From NCBI GenBank assembly GCA_002269645.1, contig NIVC01003200.1, positions 48,020 to 112,019 on the forward strand: a DNA stretch of 64,000 nucleotides, written 5' to 3'. Below, piece by piece: positions 1 through 12,700 of this stretch (the stretch's first letter is position 1; each line of letters opens with the position of its first letter). Position numbers and translations under genes: made by a program. The stretch is from Macrostomum lignano (lineage: Eukaryota). Under the pieces are notes generated by a model. That model worked only from the letters and a program-made list of their open reading frames with translations. It did not search any database and was not told the DNA's origin.

Positions 1-68
1 TGGGAGGCTGGCCCAGCAACTGAGGATCTGGGAGGCTGGCCCAGCAACTGAGGATCTGGAGGTTGGCC
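1..68. repeat. Tail of 28-nt minisatellite (GAGGATCTGGGAGGCTGGCCCAGCAACT), truncated by window edge
   Basis: Two full units visible; unit identical to the array at 33407-33880. Confidence 0.9.
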
Positions 69-595
69 TAGGAATTGAGAGCTCGAGGGGGGGAGGAAGA
101 CCGGAGGATATGAGATCGAGGGGGGGGGGGAGGTGGAAGACCGAAGGATATGAAATCGAGGGCGGCAGTGACTCAGAAACTCCGGGTTGAGTTTGCGACT
201 CCAAAGAGAAGCGCACTCTTTGTTCTACTAGATCCATGCACTCTAGCCAGCAGGTCAAACACATGCATAGTTCAACATATAAAGGCACGCATTAAAAAAT
301 TCCAAATGGGCCGGCTATCTATAATTGAGTCGGGCGGCAACACAGGAGAAGCCCACCAACCGCGGACTGGTCTGTTTATCCTATAACTTCTCAGCCAGTA
401 TGTTTAGTCAGCAAGCAAAAGCTCAGCTAATCAGGGCCAGGCCGGGCAACTCCTGACAGACTGCGATGACTCAGCATTGTTTTTTTTACAGCGAATTCGA
501 ACACCCCGAGTGCGCATAGAGAAATGGAGTTATATAGTAAATAGAAGGAGAATGAGGCCATTTTATTGAGCAGTGGAAATACTTCAATAGAGACC

Positions 596-1810
596 TTGAT
601 AGGGTGGGTGCTGATCCTATAAAATACCCGGAAGTAGGGTGATGGGCTGCTGATCCTATAAAATACCCGGAAGTAGGGTGGGTGCTGATCCTATAACATA
701 CCCGGAAGTAGGGTGGGTGCTGATCCTATAAAATACCCGGAAGTAGGGTGATGGGCTGCTGGTCCTAAAATACCCGGAAGTAGGGTGATGGGCTGCTGGT
801 CCTATAAAATACCCGGAAGTAGGGTGGGTGCTGACCCTATAAAATACCCGGAAGTAGGGTGGGTGCTGATCCTATAACATACCCGGAAGTAGGGTGGGTG
901 CTGATCCTATAAAATACCCGGAAGTAGGGTGGGTGCTGACCCTATAAAATACCCGGAAGTAGGGTGGGTGCTGATCCTATAACATACCCGGAAGTAGGGT
1001 GGGTGCTGATCCTATAACATACCCGGAAGTAGGGTGGGTGCTGATCCTATAAAATACCCGGAAGTAGGGTGGGTGCTGACCCTATAAAATACCCGGAAGT
1101 AGGGTGGGTGCTGATCCTATAACATACCCGGAAGTAGGGTGGGTGCTGATCCTATAACATACCCGGAAGTAGGGTGGGTGCTGATCCTATAAAATACCCG
1201 GAAGTAGGGTGATGGGCTGCTGATCCTATAAAATACCCGGAAGTAGGGTGGGTGCTGACCCTATAAAATACCCGGAAGTAGGGTGGGTGCTGATCCTATA
1301 ACATACCCGGAAGTAGGGTGGGTGCTGATCCTATAACATACCCGGAAGTAGGGTGGGTGCTGATCCTATAACATACCCGGAAGTAGGGTGGGTGCTGATC
1401 CTATAAAATACCCGGAAGTAGGGTGATGGGCTGCTGATCCTATAAAATACCCGGAAGTAGGGTGACGGGCTGCTGATCCTATAAAATACCCGGAAGTAGG
1501 GTGATGGGCTGCTGATCCTATAAAATACCTGGAAGTAGGGTGGGCTGCTGGCCCTATAAAATATCTGAAAGTAGGGCGGGCTGCTGGCCCTATAAAATAC
1601 CCGGAAGTAGGGTGGGTGCTGATCCTATAAAATACCTGGAAATAGGGTGGGTGCTGACCTATAAAATACCTGGAAGTAGGGTGGGTGCTGATCCTATAAA
1701 ATACCTGGAAGTAGGTTGGGTGCTGACTTAATAAAATACCCGGAAGTAGGGTGGGTGCTGACACAATAAAATACCCGGAAGTAGAGTGGGTGTTAGCCCT
1801 ATAAAATACC
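596..1810. repeat. 37-41 nt minisatellite (ATAAAATACCCGGAAGTAGGGTGGGTGCTGATCCT), about 30 units
   Basis: Direct tandem periodicity; ORFs 1366-1764 and 1540-1731 are translations of it. Confidence 0.95.
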
Positions 1811-2704
1811 TTTAGGAGAGGCTGGTGCCCCTAAAAAATGGCCAGGAATGAGAGCAAAACAAGATGCAGAGGTAAGGTACAAGGAAACAGATTTAACAAA
1901 ATAAAGAACACATGAAAGAATATACTGGACTACAATTGATAAACAAGTGAGTAGAAATAGCATGATCAAATTGCGATATGCCTGCCTCATTGCAAATGTA
2001 TATTTATTTATACTCTTGCATGTATTCATTAGTAAAGAAATGTGCAATTAATTAGTACATAATATAAACACACAAATTTGCCAGCACACATGTACATTGG
2101 GCAGAGTAAAGAATTCACTGTGCAATGTACTTTAAAAAAGCGTTTGGTCAGTCGAGTGCCAGCTATAAAAAGAGTGAAAAAAGCAAACAATAGCTGAAGC
2201 CAGAAACTGTTATAACATTGAAATATTGACAGGAATTGCCAATTATCATTTCAACTAAAAATAACCCTAAGAAGGCCCTGCCTGGTAATGCAACAACGTT
2301 AAGCATGATTGAAGCCATTGGTCCCGAAAGTTTACTAATAAAATTGTAAAGATTTTACGAGCCTAAAAGTATATGGTTAAATTAGGACAATACATACAAG
2401 CTATAAAAGGTAAATTTATTAAAATTTTAGGATATTAGCACAGAAAAGTTTGCAACAAGAAAACTGGTGACTAGAAAAGTGCAGAACAAAACGGCGGTTT
2501 TGGACAGTATAAACGAATTGATAAAGGAATCAATATTGTAATTAGACTACTAGATAATTTTAACTATTAATAATTAATTTAACAATAAGCCATAAAAGGG
2601 TATAGGCGATATGTTCCCTCAGAAGATTTTAAACTGACTTTACTGCAGTATTAAATAGTACAGCTGCTGCACCGACTGCACCAATTATAAAGTGGCTTTG
2701 CGCA

Positions 2705-2875
2705 CTGATAAAGTACACTTGCACTAATAGAGTGCACTTGCACTGATAGAGTACACTTGCACTTATAGAGTGCACTTGCACTTATAGAGTGCACTTGCAC
2801 TGATAGAGTACACTTGCACTGATAGAGTACACTTGCACTTATAGAGTGCACTTGCACTGATAGAGTACACTTAAA
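2705..2875. repeat. 19-nt minisatellite (AGTRCACTTGCACTKATAG)
   Basis: About 9 tandem units. Confidence 0.9.
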
Positions 2876-3504
2876 CTTTTGGTGAACAGTTGCTACGGTA
2901 AAGTGCGACAGCACTAAAAGGTTACACGCGCCAGTGCAATAAAAATACCAGCTGTGGCTTAGAGGACACACAAAAAGCATGCGTAAATTGAATGAATAAA
3001 AACGCATTTAAATAAAAATATTGATAGATCCGATTAGAGTGAACGACCAGGGTTTTCAATCAAAAAAGCATCAATCAATAAAAATAGATAAGATAGGTTA
3101 AATAATCAACTTCTTTATTAGGCTTTGCATGCAATTAACAACGAATCGTATTTGTAAACTGCTATGTAACACCAAAATGTACATTTATGGGCAGAGATAC
3201 GGTGAGGACAAGGGTTAATAACGGACCGGACATTGAATTGCAGGAATTAGCAGCTTTAATTACAGCAAGACTATCAAACAGGTAGAAAACAGAGATTAAT
3301 GCTATAAAAGGTGAATTTATGAATAGTTTAAAAATTTATGCAGTCGTTGACAACTGCACAGGAAACTGGGGGAATGCTGAATGCAGACTGACATGACGCA
3401 AGACTCAATTTTTAAAAGGATAATTTGTACCTAGATTTCAGTTACGATACTGCGACCGACGTTAGTTCTCAAATCTACCTGACTAAGCCAAATGGACTTT
3501 CACG

Positions 3505-3980
3505 CTCAACGGACACAAAGAGTGACAGAAATTTGACACCCAACGGACATAAAGAGTGACAGAAATCTCGCACCCAACGGACACAGAGAGTGACAGAAAT
3601 CTCACACTCAATGGATCTAAAGAGTGACAGAAATCTCACACCCAACGGAACCAAAGAGTGACAGAAATCTCACACTCAACGGATCTAAAGAGTGACAGAA
3701 ATCTCACACCCAACGGAACCAAAGAGTGACAGAAATCTCACACTCAATGGATCTAAAGAGTGACAGAAATCTCACACCCAACGGATCTAAAGAGTGACAG
3801 AAATCTCACACTCAATGGATCTAAAGAGTGACAGAAATCTCACACCCAACGGACACAAAGAGTGACAGAAATCTAACACCCAACGGAACCAAAGAGTGAC
3901 AGAAATCTCACACCCAACGGACACAGAGAGTGACAGAAATCTCGCACCCAACGGACACAAAGAGTGACAGAAATCTCACA
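3505..3980. repeat. 34-nt minisatellite (AAAGAGTGACAGAAATCTCACACCCAACGGAACC)
   Basis: GAGTGAC recurs every 34 nt, about 14 units. Confidence 0.92.
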
Positions 3981-4169
3981 GCTATATGTCAAGTAACACA
4001 CAATTGGTCGCACTTTGAAATCCTACAGACACGCTAAACAACGCGAATGCAAATGACATCAAAGCCATTGAATTTATCATTGCAAAAAATTATCTAAACT
4101 CAAGCCGTTTCGTTGATGGTTGATAATCAAAACCAGAGACAAACTGAGATTTCGTCACTGGCTGTTGTT

Positions 4170-4330
4170 TTACACCTGCATAGGCTGAGACGCCGACTCG
4201 TCCAATTCTTCGGCTGGTTTGCGCTGGCAGAACAGCACGAAGCCCAGGATAATTAGGAATACGCCGAGCACTGCGCCAACGGAGGCGGCCGCTATCTCTC
4301 CCTGGGTCAGGGGATAGTCCCTGGGTATGG
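4170..4330 (-). CDS. Ig-superfamily membrane protein, last coding exon (transmembrane helix plus short tail)
   Basis: Acceptor ccccgcAG at 4331-4332. Phase-1 join gives AIPRGLSLTQGEIAAASVGAVLGVFLIILGFVLFCQRKPAEELDESASQPMQV*, a hydrophobic segment followed by QRK stop-transfer. Confidence 0.8.
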
Positions 4331-4450
4331 CTGCGGGGGAGGCGGTGTTGAAAAATGTTAATTAAAGAGATGGGATTTCACTGACGCCAGTCGCCAGTTG
4401 ATATTTGGGAATAGTTAAATGAATGTTTAAGTATCGGAAGTGCCTTTGTA

Positions 4451-5212
4451 GTGTCAGGGAGATGCCCTACAATGAATGTCAGGGAGATGCCCTACAATGA
4501 ATGTCAGGGAGATGCCCTACAATGAATGTCAGGGAGATGCCCTACAATGAATGTCAGGGAGATGCCCTATAATGAATGTCAGGGAGATGCCCTACAATGA
4601 ATGTCAGGGAGATGCCCTACAATGAATGTCAGGGAGATGCCCTACAATGAATGTCAGGGAGATGCCCTACAATGAATGTCAGGGAGATGCAGTGAGTCTC
4701 AGGGAGACGCCGTGAGTGTCGGGGAGACGCCACGAGTGTCAGGGAGACGCCATGAGTGTCGGGAGAAACGCCATGAGTGTCAGGGAAACGCCATGAGTGT
4801 CAGGGAGACGCCATGAGTGTCAGGGAGATGCCCTACAATGTCAGGGAGATGCAGTGAGTCTCAGGGAGACGCCATGAGTCTCAGGGAGACGCCATGAGTG
4901 TCAGGGAGACGCCATGAGTGTCAGGGAGACGCCATGAGTGTCAGGAGACGCCATGAGTGTCAGGAGACGCCATGAGTGTCAGGGAGACGCCATGAGTGTC
5001 AGGGAGACGCCATGAGTGTCAGGGGGATGCCATGAGTGTCAGGGAGACGCCATGAGTGTCAGGGAGACGCCATGAGTGTCAGGGAGACGCCATGAGTGTC
5101 AGGGAGATGCTATGAGTGTCAGGGAGACGCCATGAGTGTCAGGGAGACGCCATGAGTGTCAGGGAGACGCCATGAGTGTCAGGAAGACGCCATGAGTGTC
5201 AGGGAGATGCCC
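4451..5212. repeat. Composite minisatellite, 25-nt (TGTCAGGGAGATGCCCTACAATGAA) grading into 20-nt (TGTCAGGGAGACGCCATGAG), in intron 2 of the Ig gene
   Basis: Direct tandem periodicity; ends about 30 nt from the exon-2 donor. Confidence 0.95.
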
Positions 5213-5242
5213 CATATATTATAGTCTATATTACAGTCTCAC

Positions 5243-5686
5243 CAGGACAATAGACGTAGATATCCTTGTAGATCGCTGGCTCGGCCGAGTCTCCAATGGC
5301 GCACCTAAATCTAGTTTTGCCGTCAAGTTTCAAAGCGGAACAGTTGGGCAGCAGAACGGTGGATTCGGTAGTTTTGAGCAGGTTGCCATCGGACGAACAG
5401 GTGGAATTATCCGAAACAGAACGGACACGAAAGGCATTCGGATTGGCTGGATCGGGCAGCTGAACGCTCACGCCTCGATAGTCCAGTTTGAGCTGGGCGG
5501 CGGGATAGCCGCAGGTAGACCGGCAGGTGAACTTCAAGCCGCCGCCTAGGGTCAGGTCGTAGGGCGCGGCGGCACTGCCGTCGGCGGCTTTGGCAGCGGC
5601 GGCTGCAGCTGCCTGCTGACCGGCGGCTGCGTCGCGGCTGGGCTGACCAACTGGAGTGGCTGTGAACCTCTCGATTGTGGCTGGCC
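5243..5686 (-). CDS. Ig-superfamily membrane protein, exon 2 (second, C2/I-like Ig domain)
   Basis: Acceptor tcAG (5687-5688), donor GTGAGA (from 5242). Reads W|PATIERFTATP...LKFTCRSTCGYPAAQLKLD...KTRFRCAIGD...IYVYCP with B-strand Cys, GxP and F-strand Cys; phases match both neighbours. Confidence 0.82.
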
Positions 5687-5792
5687 CTGAGTTGATGAAG
5701 GGGATAAATTATCATTTAGGAAATTTGTAAGATTCATACAGTCAATGTGTCAGAGCCAGCCTCCAAGGCACAGACTGTACACTGCTTGACGA

Positions 5793-6059
5793 GGGGAGGT
5801 AGCCTAGTGGTTAGAGCGTCGGACTCAAGGTCGGGGGTTCGATTCCTGATCCCACTAGGAACCATCTGTGTCCTTGAGCAAGACACATAACTCTGCATTG
5901 TGCTTCAGTTCACCCAGCTGTAAAATGGGTGCCAGTATTAGCTGGGGTAATTGAGGGTGTGTGTGGCGACCCCCCCCCCCCAGTCCTTGGACTGAACAGC
6001 CGTACGCAGCCTGCCCGTTAGGACAGGTGTAATCAGTTATTATTTTTATTGTTATTACC
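5793..6059 (+). mobile_element. tRNA-derived SINE with CORE/MIR-like central domain
   Basis: A-box TAGCCTAGTGG (5800) and B-box GGTTCGATTCC (5836). GTGTCCTTGAGCAAGACAC...CTTCAGT...CTGTAAAATGGG resembles the CORE domain. (TTA)-rich tail; GACGA duplicated at 5788-5792 and 6060-6064. Confidence 0.8.
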
Positions 6060-6169
6060 GACGATAAGAAATCAATGGACACTGTACACGCTGTGTGAGC
6101 GTAATTAAAGACTTGTACACAGCCCTCGGATGTCACTGGCTGCCAAACCTGGCGATCACGAGGATGACA

Positions 6170-6270
6170 GACAGTCCGCAGCCAGTGCGCTCACACGGGT
6201 GTACAACGGCCCTGACTTTCTCTCATTGTCAGACATGTACACTCTGTGTGCCTTATGAGGTTGACTCTCC
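6170..6270 (-). mobile_element. Headless fragment of the second SINE family 3' domain
   Basis: Reverse complement (AAGGCAC..AGTGTACATG..AAAGTCAGGGCCG.TGTACACCCGTGTGAG) matches 57190-57250 by eye. A plus-strand fragment of the same domain lies at 5753-5792 plus 6060-6105. Confidence 0.65.
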
Positions 6271-6313
6271 CTTCCTTGGAGAAATTCTAGGTCTCATAAT
6301 AAAATCAACTTAC

Positions 6314-6716
6314 AGTTGACGTCGAGAAAAGCGTAACTCTGATTGGTGACAAATTTGCAATACCACAGGCCGCGATCTTTCCACGAGACAGTTTTGATTC
6401 GAACAGTGTACTTAGTAGCCAGCTTAGCATCACGATTGTTGCAGAAAATGTCGTGCTTCTCAATATTGTAAGCGATGCAATTTTCGGCCACTTCTGCACC
6501 TGTTGGGGAGTGCCAATATACCGAATAGGTTTTCCGCTGTTTGCCAGCTGACTCCAGATGGCAGGTGAGGTTAGCGGACTGGCCAACATTCACTGGCACC
6601 GGGGTTACGGATGCAGTGATGCGGAATTCGGTATCGTTAGTTTTAGCCACTGTTTCTGCTATTGTGACCAGCAGTATTGACAGTGTCAGCAGGAAACTGC
6701 AGGTGCTGGGTGCCAT
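6314..6716 (-). CDS. Ig-superfamily membrane protein, exon 1 (signal peptide plus V/I-set Ig domain)
   Basis: MAPSTCSFLLTLSILLVTIAETVA signal peptide; GQSANLTC, VYW and DRGLWYC Ig motifs; donor GTAAGT at 6313; acceptor with CTAAT branch point 18 nt upstream of the ATG. Confidence 0.88.
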
Positions 6717-9700
6717 TGTGTCTGACTTATAGAACTGACATGAACAGTAAGCGATTAGTTATAGCTTAATATAAATACGCCTACCTGGATTATAAAGACA
6801 GACGTGTATATACACACAAATTATTTTTCTGTTTATTTCCCGCCTGCACAAGCCAATGACCGGGCAGAGCGGTTTAGAAAGAGTGGAAAGAGAAAAGGAG
6901 AGCCCGGAGACCTGAGAGCGAATAGGAACAGATGCACAGATGAATTTTGACAGATCTGCATCACACAGCAGCAGAAATTGAAGCCGAAAAACTGACAGTA
7001 AAACGAAAAGTAAAATTGGTCCCGAAGCGATCTACCACAGGGTGAAAAGCGGTGCAATGCAAACTTGAAGTTAAAGGGAGCGGGTTAGGCTCCAGACTGA
7101 ACGAAGCCTCCATAAAGGTGAATCTGGTGCATCCAAGCAATCGAAGGTCTCCAGCTATCTCAGTTTCCATCCCTAGCAGTCTTATCAATTCCCACTGGGG
7201 CTGGGAGAAGCCCACTCTCTATCCAGAATCCCCAGATGCAGACTGCAGGCGCCTTGGAGACACACCTGGACCTCTGCTGGGTGGGCAGGTTAGCATTATT
7301 GCACTGCAGCAAAATGTTATTGAACTATAAATTGTGCTAATATAGCCAATATGGTTATCTATTGATACCTATAGCGAAACTATGTGAGAATTACTAAGTA
7401 CCCACAACTGAGTTTTTATATTGCACCATCCCATTTAAGAACAAAAACGATTTCTATAGGAATAAGTATTATTTTATAGATAGGCATTTAGCAATAACTG
7501 TATTTGGTAACAAATTATTGTGCCAATTAAAATGGATAAAATCAATAATCTTTTACTTATGAGTAAAAGTCATCTAAGAGTTGAGTTAGACTAAAAAGTA
7601 CAGTTTAAAAATTTATTTCTTATATTTTAACAAAATACTTTATAGCTAATATTAGTATAAATTTAGGATATGCCTTTAAATTTATATTTTAACTTAGTCA
7701 TCTAGGATTTCAAGGGATTTGGTAATAAAATAAATTTTGGTCAATAATAGCATTGCTAGGCCTAATCAATGTTAAATACTTGATTCAAATCTTATTGCCT
7801 AATAAAACCTGGATAAATAATGATTTTACTCTATTTTGTGGAAATGCAACTGTTATTTAGCATTGATATAAATAAATCTTTATATCTTCATATGAAAAAG
7901 TAATTTGAAAGAATTGTTAAGATTCTCATAAGGAATAATTTTGATCCATTTAATTTCTGACCTAAATATACTTTATTGTGACTTAATTGCCCTAACAACC
8001 CTTAAAAACAAATTTCATTAAAAAACTACATAATCTAGGTTTTTCTCTCTTGTATACACAATCATTGGACCTAAAGACAATTATAATAAAGGCAAACAAA
8101 CAATGACCAAGCAACTAAACATCTCTTAGGAGCATGAACAATTCAAAGAAAAAAACTATATTAAGTACTACATAATTGCTTTATCTATAAGAATATTTTC
8201 AGGCCTGATTTAAAAGAAACTTTTTTCTAAGCATTTTTAAAAATAATAAATATTTAGAATTTCTGCTTAAGCTTAAAACTGAGATCTTACCTAAAAAGTA
8301 CACCCAAGAAAGCCGCAAAATTTGTGGTAGAATCAGGAAATGATATTTTGCACTATGCAACTAAATGTGCTGCCAAACTAGATGCTAGGAAAATTTTTTT
8401 AGCCAAAACCAATTGAGAACAAGGCAATTCTACAGCATAGACAATGAAATAATTATGCTATAAACAAAAATAGAATTTAAAAAGACCTGCTAGCCAGTGA
8501 GACAATTTACAAACTCAATAATAGTCTTCCTCCCTAATTAACCTAATAATCTAGACAATACCCTGGGTGTCTTTTGCTGTTGCTATCTGTCCTACACTTC
8601 AAATCTATTATGCCTAATCTTTTTTAAAGTTCCTTTCTTTCTGCTCTATCCCCTATTTTGTTCTTGCTTCTTTTTTGCAAATGCTGGTATAATTGCTATT
8701 GTAATTAATAATAATTAATAATATTAATAATTATTATTAATATTAATTAAATAATGCAATTCAAAGATATACAAGTGTGGAAGTTTTCAATTCTTTAAAA
8801 CATTTGAAATATGGAAGTTATAGACAAAATCATGATCTCAAACTGCTTTGAGTAAAAGTGCTCATTATAATTTTTGGAATATGGAAAAAACAATTTAATA
8901 TTGTCATTTAATTCCAAACTAACTGTACTTGAAGGTACTGCAATGATTTTTTTCTTGAAAGAGCAAAACTGGTTTAAATATTTAAAAAAGGAAAAAAGTA
9001 CATTTTTTATAGAAATACACTCTTGATTGCTTAATCTGATTTCTAACAACAAAATAGTTACTTTCCTATAGGTACAAACCATTATTACTCTAGGTGAATT
9101 TTCAAAAGTGCATACTTTGCCAAAAGTAAATTGAAGCTTATGTCATGAATGTGTTATGACAGTATGCTCTTTGCTAAGTTGCTGCACCGGGCCAGTGGGC
9201 CGTCCTCTCCCCTCCCCCTCCCCCCTCCTTAGATATTTTCTGACTCACCCACCTGCACTTCTGCGTGTGCGTACCCCTCCCCTCCCTGCCTAGACCTTTT
9301 CTGTTGAGTCAACCCCCCCATGCTCTGTGTGCGACCCCGCCCCATTATTTTGTTAGCTTTGCTGCGCGGCCCCTGTTTGTGATTGGCTGCCAGTCCCAGT
9401 CTGCCGTGCTGCGCCCCGGCGATTGGCTGGTACAGCTCATGCGTTGCCTTGGCTGATGTCTAAGCCCCCTTTTCTGCCTTTATCCCGCGCCCTCAACCCC
9501 CAGTTTGCTGCCTCTTTATTCAGACCCCCTTGAGACCCAATTCTCGTCGTCTTTGTGGCTCCTCGGCGATTGTGCCAGCGTTGGTTGCTGAATTGCTATT
9601 CCTCGCAGAATTGCTAGACAAATATATAAGTAAAGAATATCGAGATCACCACTGCTCTGACGGCGCTGTTTCTTGTACGACTGAAATCGCGGCTGGTAAG

Positions 9701-12700
9701 CCTTCCAATTTGCACGTCATTTGGGTCTGCATCTGTACTAGGCACCTTAGAGGGATTAAGTGCGTCGTACACCGGTCCCACCCCAAGCAGCTCTGCATCG
9801 TACGTGAGTCTGTAGGCTGTTGTGCGTCGTACACTCGAGCAGCCTAGTCCTGACAGACACTGCATCGTACGCGTGTCAGTGGAGGACCGTAGCCAGGGTC
9901 AGTATACAAACCCGGGTCTGGGAAAGGGGCACGAAAGGACTGAGCCCTTGAGCCCCATCATCACTTAATATTTATAAACATTAGAAACAGACCACTAGTG
10001 GGTATTCTACTTTGGTTACTTAACTTATTATAATGGACTAATATAAACTGGCACTGGCAGAGACAGATTTAAGAGAAACTAATTGCTCCATTGTATTTGG
10101 CTCTAGTGTTACAATAGCTATATCAGGGTCTAACTGGCTAAGTTATCAAAAGAAGCTAAATACCAATCACTAGTTTTACCATCTTATACCTACCATACTA
10201 CAATTTTAGTCACATGCAACATATGTTTTTAATATCTAAAATTCTGGGTTAAATTTTATAAAATTTCTCAAACAGTGAAATTTTAGCTGTTTTTGTTTAC
10301 ATGCTAGTGGTTTGCAAGAAGCTACTTCTGTGTGAAAATACACTGTTATTAATTGGTATTAGTATTATAAATTTTGTATATGACCTATAAAAGCTGAAAT
10401 GTAAATTGTACTTTTCTAATTTTATTTTGTTATTTGTTTGTTTGGGCCAGCTAGCCTTTGGGGGGGGTATGGCCTTGGCCACTTTCTCCCCCTTCTATTA
10501 TGATCCAAACACACTTGAAAGCTTGCCAAAAGTGTACATTTAATATTTTTGATTGATTGTTTAAAACAAGCCTCTAGTGGTTAGTGTTAAAAGTGAGAAA
10601 AAGCCTATGGGTGGATTATGAACCCTCCTTTTATGGAAAGTTGGGCCTTGTGCATTGCATAGTGTACACTATACAAGATAGAAGGTAAATAGAATGAGAA
10701 TGATAGGCTAGCCAATAGCAATAGCATGTGATTCTCTCTAGTCCACTATGGTATAGGGAAAAGAGGGGTGTCAGATGGCCCAACTCTAAACCCCATATCC
10801 AATATAGTGTGCATCCAAAATAAGAAGGGATTGGGTCCAGATAAGTCTTCCCAATGTATATGTATATATAAAGACAAAAATTGATGAGAAAAATGGCTCT
10901 AAACCATAATGGATTATTACACTGTGTCTATTTTTATTAACTAGTTGACTTGTCTTTACTCTTCAACAAGGTCAAAGTTAACTACTTTTACTTGTATTTG
11001 TATTGTAGAACTTATGTTTTTAGTTTCCTTTCTTATAAATCATTTGACATTAGATACATTTTATAACTCTTGTCTTACTTTATCTACTAGGCTAACTTAA
11101 TGTATGAAACAACACAAAATATTAGGAGCATCAATGTTAATAATGCCTAGGAACTTAGAAGTCTTTAAAAAATCAATACAATTATAAATTTATTATAAAA
11201 TTCCAATCCCAAAGCTCACTGGGGCAAAAAGACTTTGTCTTCATTAATAGTACTAGTATTCTAATAATAATGACAATATCAATTTAACATCAGTACACAA
11301 AACTAAAAATGAACAACTACACAATCTTAGCCATAGGGATAAGCTGAAAATTATTGACACAAATCTGTATAGATAAAATTAGAATTATTGACATGGCCTA
11401 TAGACTTGAATGGTAGTAGCTATTTCAATAAGCTGTCATGGGGATAAGCTAGAAATTATCGTCATAGATTTGTATAGATAAAATTGGAATGATTAGCATA
11501 GCCATAGGACCATAGGGATAAACACTTCCTATTGTTTTTGTCTAAGCTAAGATAACATTATTATATAAAAAAAGAAATAACATTGCAAACAAATAGACAT
11601 TACAAAATTTTACTTTGTTTAAAAAGCCTAAAAAATATTTAGAAATGATATATAATTATAACATAGGATAGGCCATAGCCATTGGGGCAAATCTAAGGGG
11701 CAAGAGAGCATGTCCTTTACTTAGGCCTATCCATAGGGCTTAGCGAAAAAAAATTAGACCATAATTTATTGGCCTGCAGCTATGCCAGGTCTCCTTTCCA
11801 ATATTTGGTTGTAATGCTTAATATAGCTTGCTTACCCCCTCAAAAATTTCTGAATCTGGGCCTGATGAGTGGATGATATATATATGATGTGTTGATGTTA
11901 GGATTAGGCCTATATAATTTTGCATGCCATAACTTAAGCTTCATACAAAAAACCTTTGGGTAGAAAAGTCAATCCCCAGATCGCAGTATTTCTAGGATCC
12001 CAGTCAGATTCCCAGAGCCCTGGAGTCCTGTGATTCCAGGATTTTAAGCAAATTCCAGGATTGGAATGATTGACTTCCATCAATTCCCTACTGTTTATCG
12101 CCTGCTTAGTCTTAGGTTTATGGGTGAATTGAATAGTGAATAAAGAATAATCTTTAAAGCCGTTAAGGTCTATCACAAATGCAACTGTAATAAGGTTTAG
12201 TAATTTGCGGCCATACGTCATTACGCCAGTGCCAGTCGCCAGCGAATTATGCAAAATTTGTAATGCAAAAATTATTATTCTAATAATATATGATTCAAAG
12301 TAGTGGTGGTGTGTTACAGTTTAAGGGGTTATAAAAACATGATAAAAATGTTATAAATACTCTAAAATTGCCTAGAAGGAACGGTGCATTCCTCAACACT
12401 TTGCAGAAACATGCACACAAGTTCTAATACGACTAAATTAATCAGTCTGACAAAGAAAACTTGAAATTATTAAATCGGAAGCAATTAGTAACAGTAGAAT
12501 ATGCAACAAGTAAAATACTTTTTAAATAAACTGTTATAAAAAATATAATTACAAAGTTTTGTCGTTAGTTGAAAAATTAACAAGTTATGATATAAATTTT
12601 GCTAAAGTTTTTAAAAAATTTAACATTACAGTACTTTCTTTGAAAACCGTCAAATCGAAAAAATATGGTCTTTAAACCCGTGGGTGAAATATACTTTAAA

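Noticed and set aside
5793-5860. Functional tRNA gene
   Set aside because: Anticodon arm is truncated and the sequence continues into a SINE body with a TSD.
9860-9965. HDV-like or hammerhead ribozyme in the hairpin region
   Set aside because: P1.1/J4-2 elements and the CUGANGA/GAAA core could not be placed.
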